64,000 nucleotides of DNA from Squalus acanthias (lineage: Eukaryota): assembly GCA_030390025.1 (NCBI GenBank), contig CM059431.1, positions 159,652,001 to 159,716,000 on the forward strand, written 5' to 3'. The notes under the pieces were generated by a model, which saw nothing but the letters and a program-made list of their open reading frames with translations, did not search any database and was not told the DNA's origin. Of this stretch, positions 50,040-59,854 are shown one piece after another. The translations under genes and the position numbers were made by a program. Numbering within the stretch: position 1 is the first letter of the stretch; each line of letters opens with the position of its first letter.

Positions 50040-53000
50040 ATGAAGATAACCATAGCCAGCCTCAACATCAACGGCAGCAGGGAGGCGCGCCGTAGATTCA
50101 ATAACTTCTCGGTCCTTCGGGACGGGAAATATGCGGTGTGCTTCCTGCAAGAAACCCACACCGTTCCGGGAGACGAGGCCACGTGGCTCCTGGAGTGGCA
50201 AGGAGGGGTCAGCATGAGTCACCTCTCCAACAATTCCTGCGGGGTGGCTGTCTTGCTGGCCCCGCATTTTCAGCCGGAGATCTTGAGGGTCAAGGAGCAC
50301 GTGCCGGGCCGCTTGCTCCAGGTCACTGTTCGCCTGGGAGGCGTGCCGCTCCATTTAGTGAACGTGTACGCCCCCCGGACCGGTGCGCAGCAAGTGCGCT
50401 TCTTCGGAGAAGTGTCCGCTCTTCTGGGCTCCATCGACGTGGGCGAGTGCGTCATCCTCGGGGGGGATTTCAATTGTACCCTCGAGGCGCGGGACCGGTC
50501 GGGTCCCCCGCGAAGCCCGGCGGCGATGGAGAAGTTGCGGGACCTGGTCGGGTCCTTCGACTTGGTGGACGTCTGGCGAAATCTCCATCCCGACTCCAGC
50601 GCCTTCACGAGCGTGAGGTCTGGAGGAGGAAGGTCCAGAATCGACCGCCTTTACATTTCCCGGGCGTACGTCTCCTGCGTTCCGGCGGCTTCCATGCGGC
50701 CGGTGCCGTGCACGGACCACCACCTGGTGTGGGCGGAGCTCGCTCCGCTGCGCGCGCGGGGGGGGTCCGCGTACTGGCATTTTAACAACCTGCTGCTGGA
50801 GGACGCGCGGTTCCGGGATTCGTTTCGCCGGTTCTGGGCCGACTGGAGAAGGAAGCGGGGAGGCTTCCCCTCCTTGAGGCTATGGTGGGACGTGGGCAAG
50901 GCTCACGTCCGCGTCTTCTGTCAGGAGTACGCGAAGGGGTCGACCAAGAGGCGGGAGGCCCGGGTCGGGCGATTGGAGAAAGAAGTGCTCGACCTGGAGT
51001 CCCGTCTCGGTCAGGTCGTCGAGGACCCGGCCCTGCGGAAGGTGTACGAAGAGAAGAAGGGCGCGCTGAAGGACCTGCAGCTGGTCGGGTCCCGAGGCGC
51101 GTACGTGAGGTCGCGGATCCAGCTCCTGCGGGACCTGGACCGCGGCTCCCCCTTCTTCTACTCGCTGGAAAAAAGACGGGGGGTCCGTAAGCAGCTCTTG
51201 GGGCTGCTGGCCGGCGACGGATCTCTGGTCTCGGATCCGGAGGGCATCAGCGCGGAGGCCCGGGCCTATTACGGGGCTCTGTTCTCTTCGGATCCGTCCA
51301 GCGAGGATGCGCGCAGAGTTTTGTGGGAGGACCTGCCGAAGGTCGGCCCGGAGGGCGCCGAGAATTTAGAAGCTCCGCTAAGCCTGGCGGAGCTGACCGG
51401 CGCCCTGCGCCAGCTCTCGAGGGGCAAGTCCCCGGGGCTGGACGGGCTGACCGTGGAGTTCCACAGGGCGTTCTGGGACGTCTTGGGGGACGACTACGCG
51501 CGGGTCCTGGGGGAAAGTCTGGCGACCGGGGAGATGCCCCTCTCTTGGCGCAGGGCGGTCATCGTCCTGCTGCCCAAGAAGGGCGATCTCCGCCTACTTA
51601 AGAACTGGCGCCCGGTCTCCCTCCTCAGCACGGACTACAAAATTTTCGCCAGGGCTATGTCTGCTCGCCTTGGCACCGTGCTGGCCCGCATGATCCACCC
51701 CGACCAGTCCTACACGGTCCCGGGCCGGAGTATCCACGATAACATCCATCTGGTCCGGGACCTGGTCCACCATTCCCAGAGGGCTGGTCTGTCGGTCGCC
51801 TTCCTTTCCCTGGATCAGGAGAAGGCGTTCGACAGGGTGGATCACGAGTATCTTTTCGGGACTCTGCGCGCATTCGGGTTCGGGACGCATTTCGTCGCCC
51901 GGATCCGACTTCTGTACGCCGCCGCGGAGTGTCTGATTAAAGTTAACGGGTCTTTGACGGCGCCCCTTCGCTTCGGGAGGGGGGTGCGTCAGGGATGCCC
52001 CATGTCCGGTCAGTTATACGCTGTTTGCGTGGAGCCTTTCCTGCGCCTCTTGCGGAAGAGGTTGACGGGACTGGCTCTGCAAGGGCCGGGCGTGGAGGTG
52101 GTCCTCTCGGCTTACGCCGATGACGTGCTCCTCGCGGTCACGGATCCCGTCGACTTGCGGAGGATGCGAGAATGCCAGCAGATTTACTCGGACGCATCCT
52201 CCGCCAAGATCAACTGGGAGAAATGTTCTGGACTCCTGGTGGGCCCATGGCGGGTGGACTCCCTGCCGGAGGAGTTCGGGCCTTTCGCCTGGAGCACCAC
52301 GCACCTCCTCTACCTGGGAGTCTACCTCAGCCCGGCCGAGGACGCCTGGCCGGCGAACTGGCAAGAGCTGGAGGCCAAAGTCACCGCTCGCCTAGGACGC
52401 TGGACAGGACTGCTCCGAGTGTTGTCCTACAGGGGTCGAGCGCTGGTCATAAACCAGCTGGTGGCCGCCATGTTGTGGTACCGGTTGGTCACTTTGATCC
52501 CTCCCCCTGCGTTTGTCGCCAAGATGCAGAAGAAGCTCGTCGACTTCTTCTGGGACAAAAGGAAGCACTGGGTCTCTGCCGCGGTTTTGAGTCTCCCGCT
52601 TAGGGAGGGCGGTCAGGCGCTGGTGTGCCTTCGCACCCAGGCGGCGACTTTCCGTCTTCAGACGCTGCAGAGATACCTGTACGTGGAGAATCCTCCTAGG
52701 TGGCGTGCGCTGGCGACGTATTTCTTCCGCCAGCTGCACGGCCTCAATTACGACACGCAGCTCCTGTTTGTGAGAGTGGGTGGCACGCGTGCCAGCCTGC
52801 AGGAGCTGCCTGTCTTCTACCAGGAACTGCTATGGGTTTGGAACAGCGTCGCCTCCGAGCGCAGTTCTCCCCCGTCAGGAGCGGCGGCCGTCCTTCGGGA
52901 GCCGCTGTTCAGGAATCCGCACCTCCACGACCGCGGGTTCGGCTGGCTGGCGGAGGGCAGGGCTGTGCCCGGTAAGGTGACCAGAGTCGGGGACCTGCTC

Positions 53001-53939
53001 GATGGCGGAGGAGCGGGCTGGATGGCGCCGGAGGAGTTGGCGAGGCGCATGTCTTGGGTCAACGTCCGGCTCGCGGTCAAAGCCATCGAGTCGCTAAAAG
53101 TGGCACTGGGCCCCGTCTCCACTAGGTGTGTCGAGGAGGCTCAAGCACGTGGGGCGATCCCGTCCGAACTGACCCCCGTTCGGACGGAATTCCTTATCGG
53201 CGCCCGGCCCCGAATCCTCCCTCGGGAGCCGCCGCCTCACCACTTGAGCCTTCTCGGAGAAATGCCCTCCGTGCCCTTTCAATCCGCACGGAGGCGTTTC
53301 CTGTACGGGCTGCTCCTGCACACTCTCCACTTTGCCATCTTCGTCTGCCGTCCGGACACGCCTTGGCGTACCATCCTGCCGTCCGGCGGAGGCGAAGGTC
53401 CCCATTGGAAGGCTCTCTACGCGGGAGTCTTCCCTTGTTCTATTGGGGACTTGGCCTGGAGGGTGTTGCACGGAGCAGTCCCGTGCAATAGGATTTTAAG
53501 TAGGTTTACGGACTCCCAGGCTGCTTGCCATTTTTGCGGCCTGGAGGAGTCCGTTTATCACATTTATGTTGAATGTGAGAGGTTGCAGCCCCTCTTTCAT
53601 TATTTGAAGGGGCTGCTCCTCAATTTCTGGTTGCACTTCAGCCCCACGCTCCTGATCTACGGTCACCCGGTGCGGAGGGGAGCGGGTAGGTCGGAGGACC
53701 TCCTCGTAGGACTGCTCCTGGGCCTGGCCAAGAAAGCCATTAATTGGTCCAGGCAGCGGGCGGTCGAGGGGGTCGTTCGGCCCGATTGCCTGCCTCTCTT
53801 CCGCGGCCATGTTCGCGCCCGGGTGGCCCTGGAGATGGAGCACGCGGTGTCCGCCGGCACGCTTGAGTTTTTCCGCGACCGGTGGGCGCCGCGGGGACTG
53901 GAGTGCATCGTCACCCCGGACTTTCAAATTTTAATTTGA
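50040..53939 (+). CDS. Tx1 ORF2 copy 2, intact
   Basis: Translation identical to copy 1. Confidence 0.95.
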   Translation: MKITIASLNINGSREARRRFNNFSVLRDGKYAVCFLQETHTVPGDEATWLLEWQGGVSMSHLSNNSCGVAVLLAPHFQPEILRVKEHVPGRLLQVTVRLGGVPLHLVNVYAPRTGAQQVRFFGEVSALLGSIDVGECVILGGDFNCTLEARDRSGPPRSPAAMEKLRDLVGSFDLVDVWRNLHPDSSAFTSVRSGGGRSRIDRLYISRAYVSCVPAASMRPVPCTDHHLVWAELAPLRARGGSAYWHFNNLLLEDARFRDSFRRFWADWRRKRGGFPSLRLWWDVGKAHVRVFCQEYAKGSTKRREARVGRLEKEVLDLESRLGQVVEDPALRKVYEEKKGALKDLQLVGSRGAYVRSRIQLLRDLDRGSPFFYSLEKRRGVRKQLLGLLAGDGSLVSDPEGISAEARAYYGALFSSDPSSEDARRVLWEDLPKVGPEGAENLEAPLSLAELTGALRQLSRGKSPGLDGLTVEFHRAFWDVLGDDYARVLGESLATGEMPLSWRRAVIVLLPKKGDLRLLKNWRPVSLLSTDYKIFARAMSARLGTVLARMIHPDQSYTVPGRSIHDNIHLVRDLVHHSQRAGLSVAFLSLDQEKAFDRVDHEYLFGTLRAFGFGTHFVARIRLLYAAAECLIKVNGSLTAPLRFGRGVRQGCPMSGQLYAVCVEPFLRLLRKRLTGLALQGPGVEVVLSAYADDVLLAVTDPVDLRRMRECQQIYSDASSAKINWEKCSGLLVGPWRVDSLPEEFGPFAWSTTHLLYLGVYLSPAEDAWPANWQELEAKVTARLGRWTGLLRVLSYRGRALVINQLVAAMLWYRLVTLIPPPAFVAKMQKKLVDFFWDKRKHWVSAAVLSLPLREGGQALVCLRTQAATFRLQTLQRYLYVENPPRWRALATYFFRQLHGLNYDTQLLFVRVGGTRASLQELPVFYQELLWVWNSVASERSSPPSGAAAVLREPLFRNPHLHDRGFGWLAEGRAVPGKVTRVGDLLDGGGAGWMAPEELARRMSWVNVRLAVKAIESLKVALGPVSTRCVEEAQARGAIPSELTPVRTEFLIGARPRILPREPPPHHLSLLGEMPSVPFQSARRRFLYGLLLHTLHFAIFVCRPDTPWRTILPSGGGEGPHWKALYAGVFPCSIGDLAWRVLHGAVPCNRILSRFTDSQAACHFCGLEESVYHIYVECERLQPLFHYLKGLLLNFWLHFSPTLLIYGHPVRRGAGRSEDLLVGLLLGLAKKAINWSRQRAVEGVVRPDCLPLFRGHVRARVALEMEHAVSAGTLEFFRDRWAPRGLECIVTPDFQILI

Positions 53940-54313
53940 TTTATTAAGTTTCATTTCAAGTTTTAATTGATTTACAGTAAATTTGCGTTCTGTCAAACCA
54001 AAAAGATCAACACCAGGTTATAGTCCAACAGTTTTATTTGAAATCACAAGCTTTCGGAGCGCTGCTCCTTCGTCAGGTGAAGTGACGAAGGAGCAGTGCT
54101 CCGAAAGCTTGTGATTTCAAATAAAACTGTTGGACTATAACATGGTGTTGTGCGACTTCTCACACTTGTATTCTATGCCACGGCTAATAAAGGCAAGCAT
54201 TCCGTATGCCTTCTTAACCAAGTTATCTACTTGGCCTGCTACCTTCAGGGATCTGTGGACGTGCACTCCAATGTCCCTTTTTTCCTCTACACTACTCAGT
54301 GTCCTACCATTTA

Positions 54314-56277
54314 TAAAGTTGCCAGAAAAAGCGGTCAGCCTGAGGATAGGGATCTTTTTAGAAATCAGCAAAGGGAGACCAATAAATTGATAAAGAAAGG
54401 GAAAATGGAATATGAGCACTAACTAGCGAAAAATATCAAAACGGATTGTAAAAGCTTCTATAGATATTTGAAAAGGAAAAGACTGGCAAAGGTAAATGTA
54501 GGTCCTTTACAGTCATAGACGGGATAATTTATAATGGGGGATGAAGAAATGGCTGAGAAATTAAATAAATACTTTGTTTCTGTCTTCACGGAGGAAGACA
54601 CAAAAAAACTCCCAGAAATACGAGAATCCGAGGGTGTGCCGAGAATGAGGAACTTAAAGAAATTATTATTCGTAAAAAAAACAGTACCAGCAAATTTAAT
54701 GGGACTAAAAGTCGTTAAATCCCAAGGACCGGATGACTTACATCCTAGGGTTTTGAAAGAGGTGGCCATTGGGAGAGTGGACGCATTTGTTGTCATCTTC
54801 CAAAATTCTATAGATTCTGGAACGGTTCCTGCAGAATGGAGGATAGCAAATGTAACTCCGCTGTTTAAGAAAGGAGGGAGAGAGAAAACGGGTAACTACA
54901 GACCTGTTAGCCTCACATCAGTGGTTGGGAAAATGCTGGAATCTATTATAAAGATGCAATAACTGGGCAATTAGAAACTAATAGTAAGATTGGGCAGAGT
55001 CAACATGGATTTATGAAATGGAAATCCTGTTTAACAAACCTATTGGAGTTCTTTGAGGTTATAACTAGTGGAGTAGACAAAGGGGAACTGGTAGATGTGG
55101 TGTATTTGGGTTTTCAGAAGGCCTTCAATAAGGTCCCGCAGAAGAGGTTGGTGAACAAATTTAGGGCACATGGAATGGGGGTAATATACTAGCATGGATT
55201 GAGAATTGGTTAACAGACAGAAAACAAAGAGTAGGGATAAACGTGTCTTTTTCAGGATGGCAGGTGGGGTACCGCAAGGATCAGTGCTTGGACCCCAGCT
55301 ATTCACAAACTATATCAATGATTTGGATGAGGAGACTAAATGCAACATTTCCAAATTTCCTGATGATACAAAGCTAGGTGGCAGTGTCAGTTGCGAAGAG
55401 GATGTGAAGTGGCTTCAAGGGGATCTCGACAGGCTCAGTAAGTTGGCGAGAAGATGGCAGATGGAATATAATGTGGATTAATGTGAAGTTATCCAATGGG
55501 TAGAAAAAACAGAAAGGCAGAGTATTTCCTAAATGGTAAAAGATTGGGGAATGCAGATGCTGAAAGGGACCTGGGTGTCCTTGTACATGAGTCACAGAAA
55601 GTTAATGTGCAGGTGCAGCAAGTTTTTAGGAAGGCAAATGGTATGCTGGCCTTCATTACAAGAGGATTTGAGTACAGCAGTAAAGAAGTCTTACTCCAAT
55701 TATATAGGGCCTTGGTGAGAACACACCTGGAGTACTGTGTACAATTTTGGTCTCCTTACCTAGGGAAGGATATACTTGCCATACAGGGAGTGCAAAGAAG
55801 GTTCACGAGATTCATTCCTGGGATGGCGGGACTGTCGTATGAGAAGAGATTGAGTAAACTAGGCCTGTATTCTCTTGAATTCAGAAGGATGAGAGGGGAT
55901 CTCATTGAAGCATATTAAATTATTGCAGGGCTTGATAGGATGGATGCTGGGAGAATGTTTCCCTTGGCTGGGGAAGTCTAGAGCCAGAGGCCACGGCCTC
56001 AAGATAAAGGGTAGGCCATTCCGGACTGAGATGAGAAGAAATTTCTTTTCACAGAGGGTGGTGAATCTTTGGAATTCTCTACCCCAGAGGGTTGTGGAGG
56101 CTCAGTCATTGCGTATATTCAAAACAGAAGTCGCTGGATTTCTGACTAGTAAGGGCATCAAGGGATATGGCGATAGGGCCGGTGAATGGAGTTGAGGCAG
56201 AAGATCTCATTGAATGGCGGAGCAGGCTCGAAGCGCCGAATGGCCGACTCCTGCTCCGATTTCTTATGTTCTTATGT
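54314..56277 (+). mobile_element. 5'-truncated CR1 LINE inserted antisense within the minus-strand CR1
   Basis: LNKYFVSVFT, GNYRPVSLTS, GVPQGSVLGP and RTHLEYCVQFW peptides; TTCTTATGTTCTTATG tail. Confidence 0.9.
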
Positions 56278-56464
56278 GTATTCCCTTTCCTTGTTAGCCC
56301 TCCCCAAATATATTACCTCACACTTCTCCGGATTGAATTTCATTTGTCACTGTTCTGCCCACCTGACCAATTTATTGTTATCTTCCTGCAGTCTACAGCG
56401 TCCTTCTTCTTCAGTATCAACCACTCCTGCAGGCTACAGCTTCCTTATTCAGTATCAACCACAA

Positions 56465-57300
56465 GCAGGAGGGAGTTTCACAGGGAATGGAGATTCACAG
56501 AGGGGGAGTTTCACAGGGAGGGAATTTCACAGGGAAAATGTTTTACAGTTGGTGGAGTTTCACTGGGGAGCACTTTCACAGGAGGGAGTTCCACATGGGG
56601 ACGTTTCACGAGGGGAGTTTCACGGGGAGGAGTTTCACGGGGAGGAGTTTCACAGGGGGGTTGGCGCAGTTTCACAGGGGTTAATTTCACAGGAGGGTGT
56701 TCCACATGGGGACGTTTCACGGGGAGGAGTTTCAAGGGCAGGAGTTTCACAGGGGAACAGTTTCACAGGTGGAAGTTCCACATGGGGGCGTTTCACGTTT
56801 TTAGTTTCACGGACAGTTGTTTCTCGGGAGTGGTGGCGCAGTTTCACAGGGTTTAGTTTCACGGGGGGGGGGGGGGGGATTTTCACAGGGAGGAGATTCA
56901 CCGGGGAAGAGTTTTACAGGGAGACGTGTTTCAAAGTGAGGAATTTCAAAGGAGAGTCTTAAAGCGAGAGATTCCCAGGGGTTGGGGTTACACGGGCGGA
57001 GTTTCAAATGAGGAGTTTCAGAGGGGGGTGAGTTTTTCGGGGGGTGGAGTTTCACAATCGGTGGAGTTTCACAGGTGTTGGAGTTTCACAGAGGGGAGTT
57101 TCGCAGGGTGGAATTTTCCGCGGGGATGGGGTTACACAGGAGGTGTGGTTACACGGATGGTGGAGCTTCACAAGGTTGGGGTTTCTCAGGAGTTGCAGTT
57201 TCACAAGGGCGATTTTCACCGAGGGTAATACACAAGGGGTGCAGTTCCAACTGTGCAATCTAAGGGGGCTGGGTTACATGGGGGCGGCACAGGGGATGAT
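56465..57300. repeat. Degenerate G-rich minisatellite built on GGGAGTTTCACAGG
   Basis: Motif recurs dozens of times with variable spacers. Confidence 0.8.
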
Positions 57301-57307
57301 ATCACAT

Positions 57308-57520
57308 TGAATCATAGAATGTTTACAGCAAAGAAGGAGCCCATTCAGCCGTCGAGTCCATGCCGGCTCTCTTTAAGAACACTTCAGCTAGTTCCACTCC
57401 CCCGCCCTTTCCCCGTAGCCCTGCTTTTTTTTTCCTTCAGGTACTTTTCCAATTCACTTTTGAAAGCCATAATTGAATCTGCCTCCACCACCCTCTCAGG
57501 CAGTGCATTCCAGTTCATGG
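57308..57520 (-). mobile_element. CR1 3'-end fragment
   Basis: GAATCATAGAA tail and CR1-type 3' UTR/RT end similar to the other copies. Confidence 0.7.
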
Positions 57521-57694
57521 ACTAGGGTTTAACATCTGCAATTCTCCATCCTCTGGCACCAGCCCCATATCTAAGGAGGATTTGGAAGAATATGGCCAGT
57601 ACCTCCGCAATTTCCATCTTTACTTCCCTCAGCATCCTAGGATGCATTACATCCGGTCTTGGTGACTTATCGACTTTAATCTACTTTTTTTCTA

Positions 57695-59435
57695 CTTTGG
57701 TGTCATATTTGACCCTGAAATGAGCTTCTGACCACATATCCGCAGCATAAGTAAGACCTCTTGTTTCCACCTCTGTAACATCGCCCGTCTCCGCCCTTGC
57801 TTCCGCTCATCCGCTGCTGAAACCCTCATCCATGCCTCTAGACTAAACTATTCCAACACACTCCTGGCTGGCCTCCCACATTCTACCCTACGTAAACTTG
57901 AGGTGAAGAGACAAATTCAAAGCCTCACACACACATCGAAATATGAATAATACCAGACCCCCTTCTGAAATTCCTAGGCCCAAACAGGATACCAGAAGCC
58001 TGAAATCAATAAAAGATTTAGTACTTCATCAAAAGCCAATCAACCAGGTATCCACAGGACAGATTTAAAAGCCCGCCAAAAGCCCTAGGACAATAGAGTT
58101 GGAATTTGGCACGTAGATAAGGCTGTGTTTAAATCGGAAAACGATCAGGTCATGTTTAACACTGAGCTAAAGCCATCGGAACTGGCAAGCCCGCCAAAAC
58201 TAGACAATGTACTAAGCAAGGCTCATTTGCAACCTAAAGGAATCCATTTTAGTAAGGGGTTTTTGGCGAGAGTAAAAAAGACAGTATAATTGAAAGCCTG
58301 TCCCAAAACTCTTTCTCTTTTGGACGCGCTGACAAAGCCGGCACAGCTCTCCCCCTGCTCCAGCAAAACCACTACAAGCCACGAGGAGGAAGGCCAGCAA
58401 ACAGACCATCACACAAAAAGAAACCAGATCGACTGCCTCAGTGACCATCGGACACCTCGCAGCAACAAGGGCCTTACGAAATCTTTTAATCAAAAGACTC
58501 TAAAATCCTGCCAAGGATTCGTTGGTGAGCATTATCCCTGATCTCCTGAAACCAAAAACCTAGCTAGATAGTGGGATGTTTGGGAGGGATAAGGTTTTGT
58601 TTGGTATATTGTCATTCCCCCTCGCCTGTACCGTGTGCTCCCCAATCTGTGTTTAAGTATTAAGTGTGTTTTAGGTTTGGTACCTTTTTCTTTTAATAAA
58701 GTCAAAATTCTTTCATAAGAAACTGTTGTCTACTGCATTTTTGTTCACAACCCCTAAATAAGTCCAAAGTCTAGGAACCAGAGGCACGTGGGAGCGATTC
58801 GAACCGCTCCCTGAGTCAGAAAGTGAAGGCTTACCACCCCCTACATCAATTACCTTGTAATTAGACATACTGGCGCTTTCCAGTTCTTAAAGGGGAGGGT
58901 CCTTCATGCTGCAGGTGATCCAAAACTCGGCTGCCCGTGTCCTAACTCGCACCAAGTCCCGTTCACCCATCACCCCTGTGCTCACAGACCTACATTGGCT
59001 CCCGGTTAAGCAGCGCCTCGATTTTAAAATTCTCATCCATGTTTTGAAATTCCTCCACGGCCTCGCCCTTCCCTATCTCTGTCATCTCCTTCAGCCCCAC
59101 AACCGTCAGAGATATCTGCATTTCCTAATTCAGCCCTCTTGAGCATCCCTGATTATAATCGCTCAACCATTGTTGGGCGTGCCTTCTGTTGCCTGGGCCC
59201 TAAACTCTGGAATTCCCTGCCGAAACCTCCCTGCCTCTCTACCTCTTTTCCTCCTTTAAGACGCTCCTTAAAACATACCTCTTTAACCAAGCTTCTGGTC
59301 ACCTGCCCTAATTTCTCCTTATGTGGATCGGTGTCAATGTTTTTGTCTTATACTACCCCTGCGAAGAGCCTTGGGACATTTTACTACATCAAAGACGCTA
59401 TATAAATACAAGTTGTTGATGTTGTTGTTGTTGTT
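57695..59435 (+). mobile_element. L2-type LINE 3' portion with (TTG)n tail, split by an LTR-like insertion
   Basis: VIQNSAARVLTRTKSRSPITPVLTDLHWLPVKQRLDFKIL and GRAF...PKLWNSLP peptides; tail GACGCTATATAAATACAAGTTGTTG. Confidence 0.85.
57904..58848 (+). mobile_element. Probable solo LTR
   Basis: TG...CA termini (TGAAGAGAC...CCCCTACATCA), TATAAT near 58286, AATAAA near 58696; interrupts the L2. No matching TSD was found. Confidence 0.55.
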
Positions 59436-59854
59436 AAGTACAGCCAGCATTTCTAGTACCTCCTCTTTATCAATTTTTATCTCATCCAATATCTCAACTG
59501 CCTCCTCTTTCACTATGATTTTGGCAGCATCTTCTTCCTTGGTAAAGACAGATGCAAAGTACTTATTTAGTACCTCAACCATGCCCTCTGCCTCCACAAG
59601 AATATTTCCTTTTTGTTCCCTAATCGGCCCCACCCTTTCTTTGGCTACCCTTTCACTACTTATATGTTTGTAAAAAAAACTTATGGGTTCCCTTTTATGT
59701 AACCCACTAATCCCTTCTCAATCAATCACTTTGTCTTTCTTATTTCCTTTTTCAGTTCTCCCCTGTACTTTCTGTGTTCAGCTTTGTTCTCCACTGAATT
59801 ATGAACCGGACATATATCACAAACTTCCTTTTTCTGTTTCATTTTAATCTCCAT

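Larger units (their letters stand above)
46879..54007 (+). mobile_element. Full-length Tx1-clade non-LTR retrotransposon, copy 2 (head-to-tail with copy 1)
   Basis: Same ORF translations at offset 7149-7150; followed by the third copy of the 24-bp repeat (54008-54031). Confidence 0.93.
39655..54164. mobile_element. Penelope-terminus hairpin element split by the Tx1 dimer (host parts 39655-39728 and 54008-54164; hammerhead motif 54044-54080, minus)
   Basis: 13-bp TSD CTTGTATTCTATG (39642-39654 / 54165-54177); removing the Tx1 copies reconstitutes an element like 33440-33650. Confidence 0.88.

Noticed and set aside
40857..53927. Numerous overlapping and antisense ORFs within the Tx1 copies
   Set aside because: Expected shadow ORFs in GC-rich coding sequence; no recognisable motifs.
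39705..54031. Tx1 flanking direct repeats read as LTRs
   Set aside because: Only 24-46 bp, derived from the host pLTR, and the element encodes APE-RT with no integrase.
56167..57310. ORFs of 229 and 258 aa
   Set aside because: They run through a CR1 tail and a low-complexity minisatellite.
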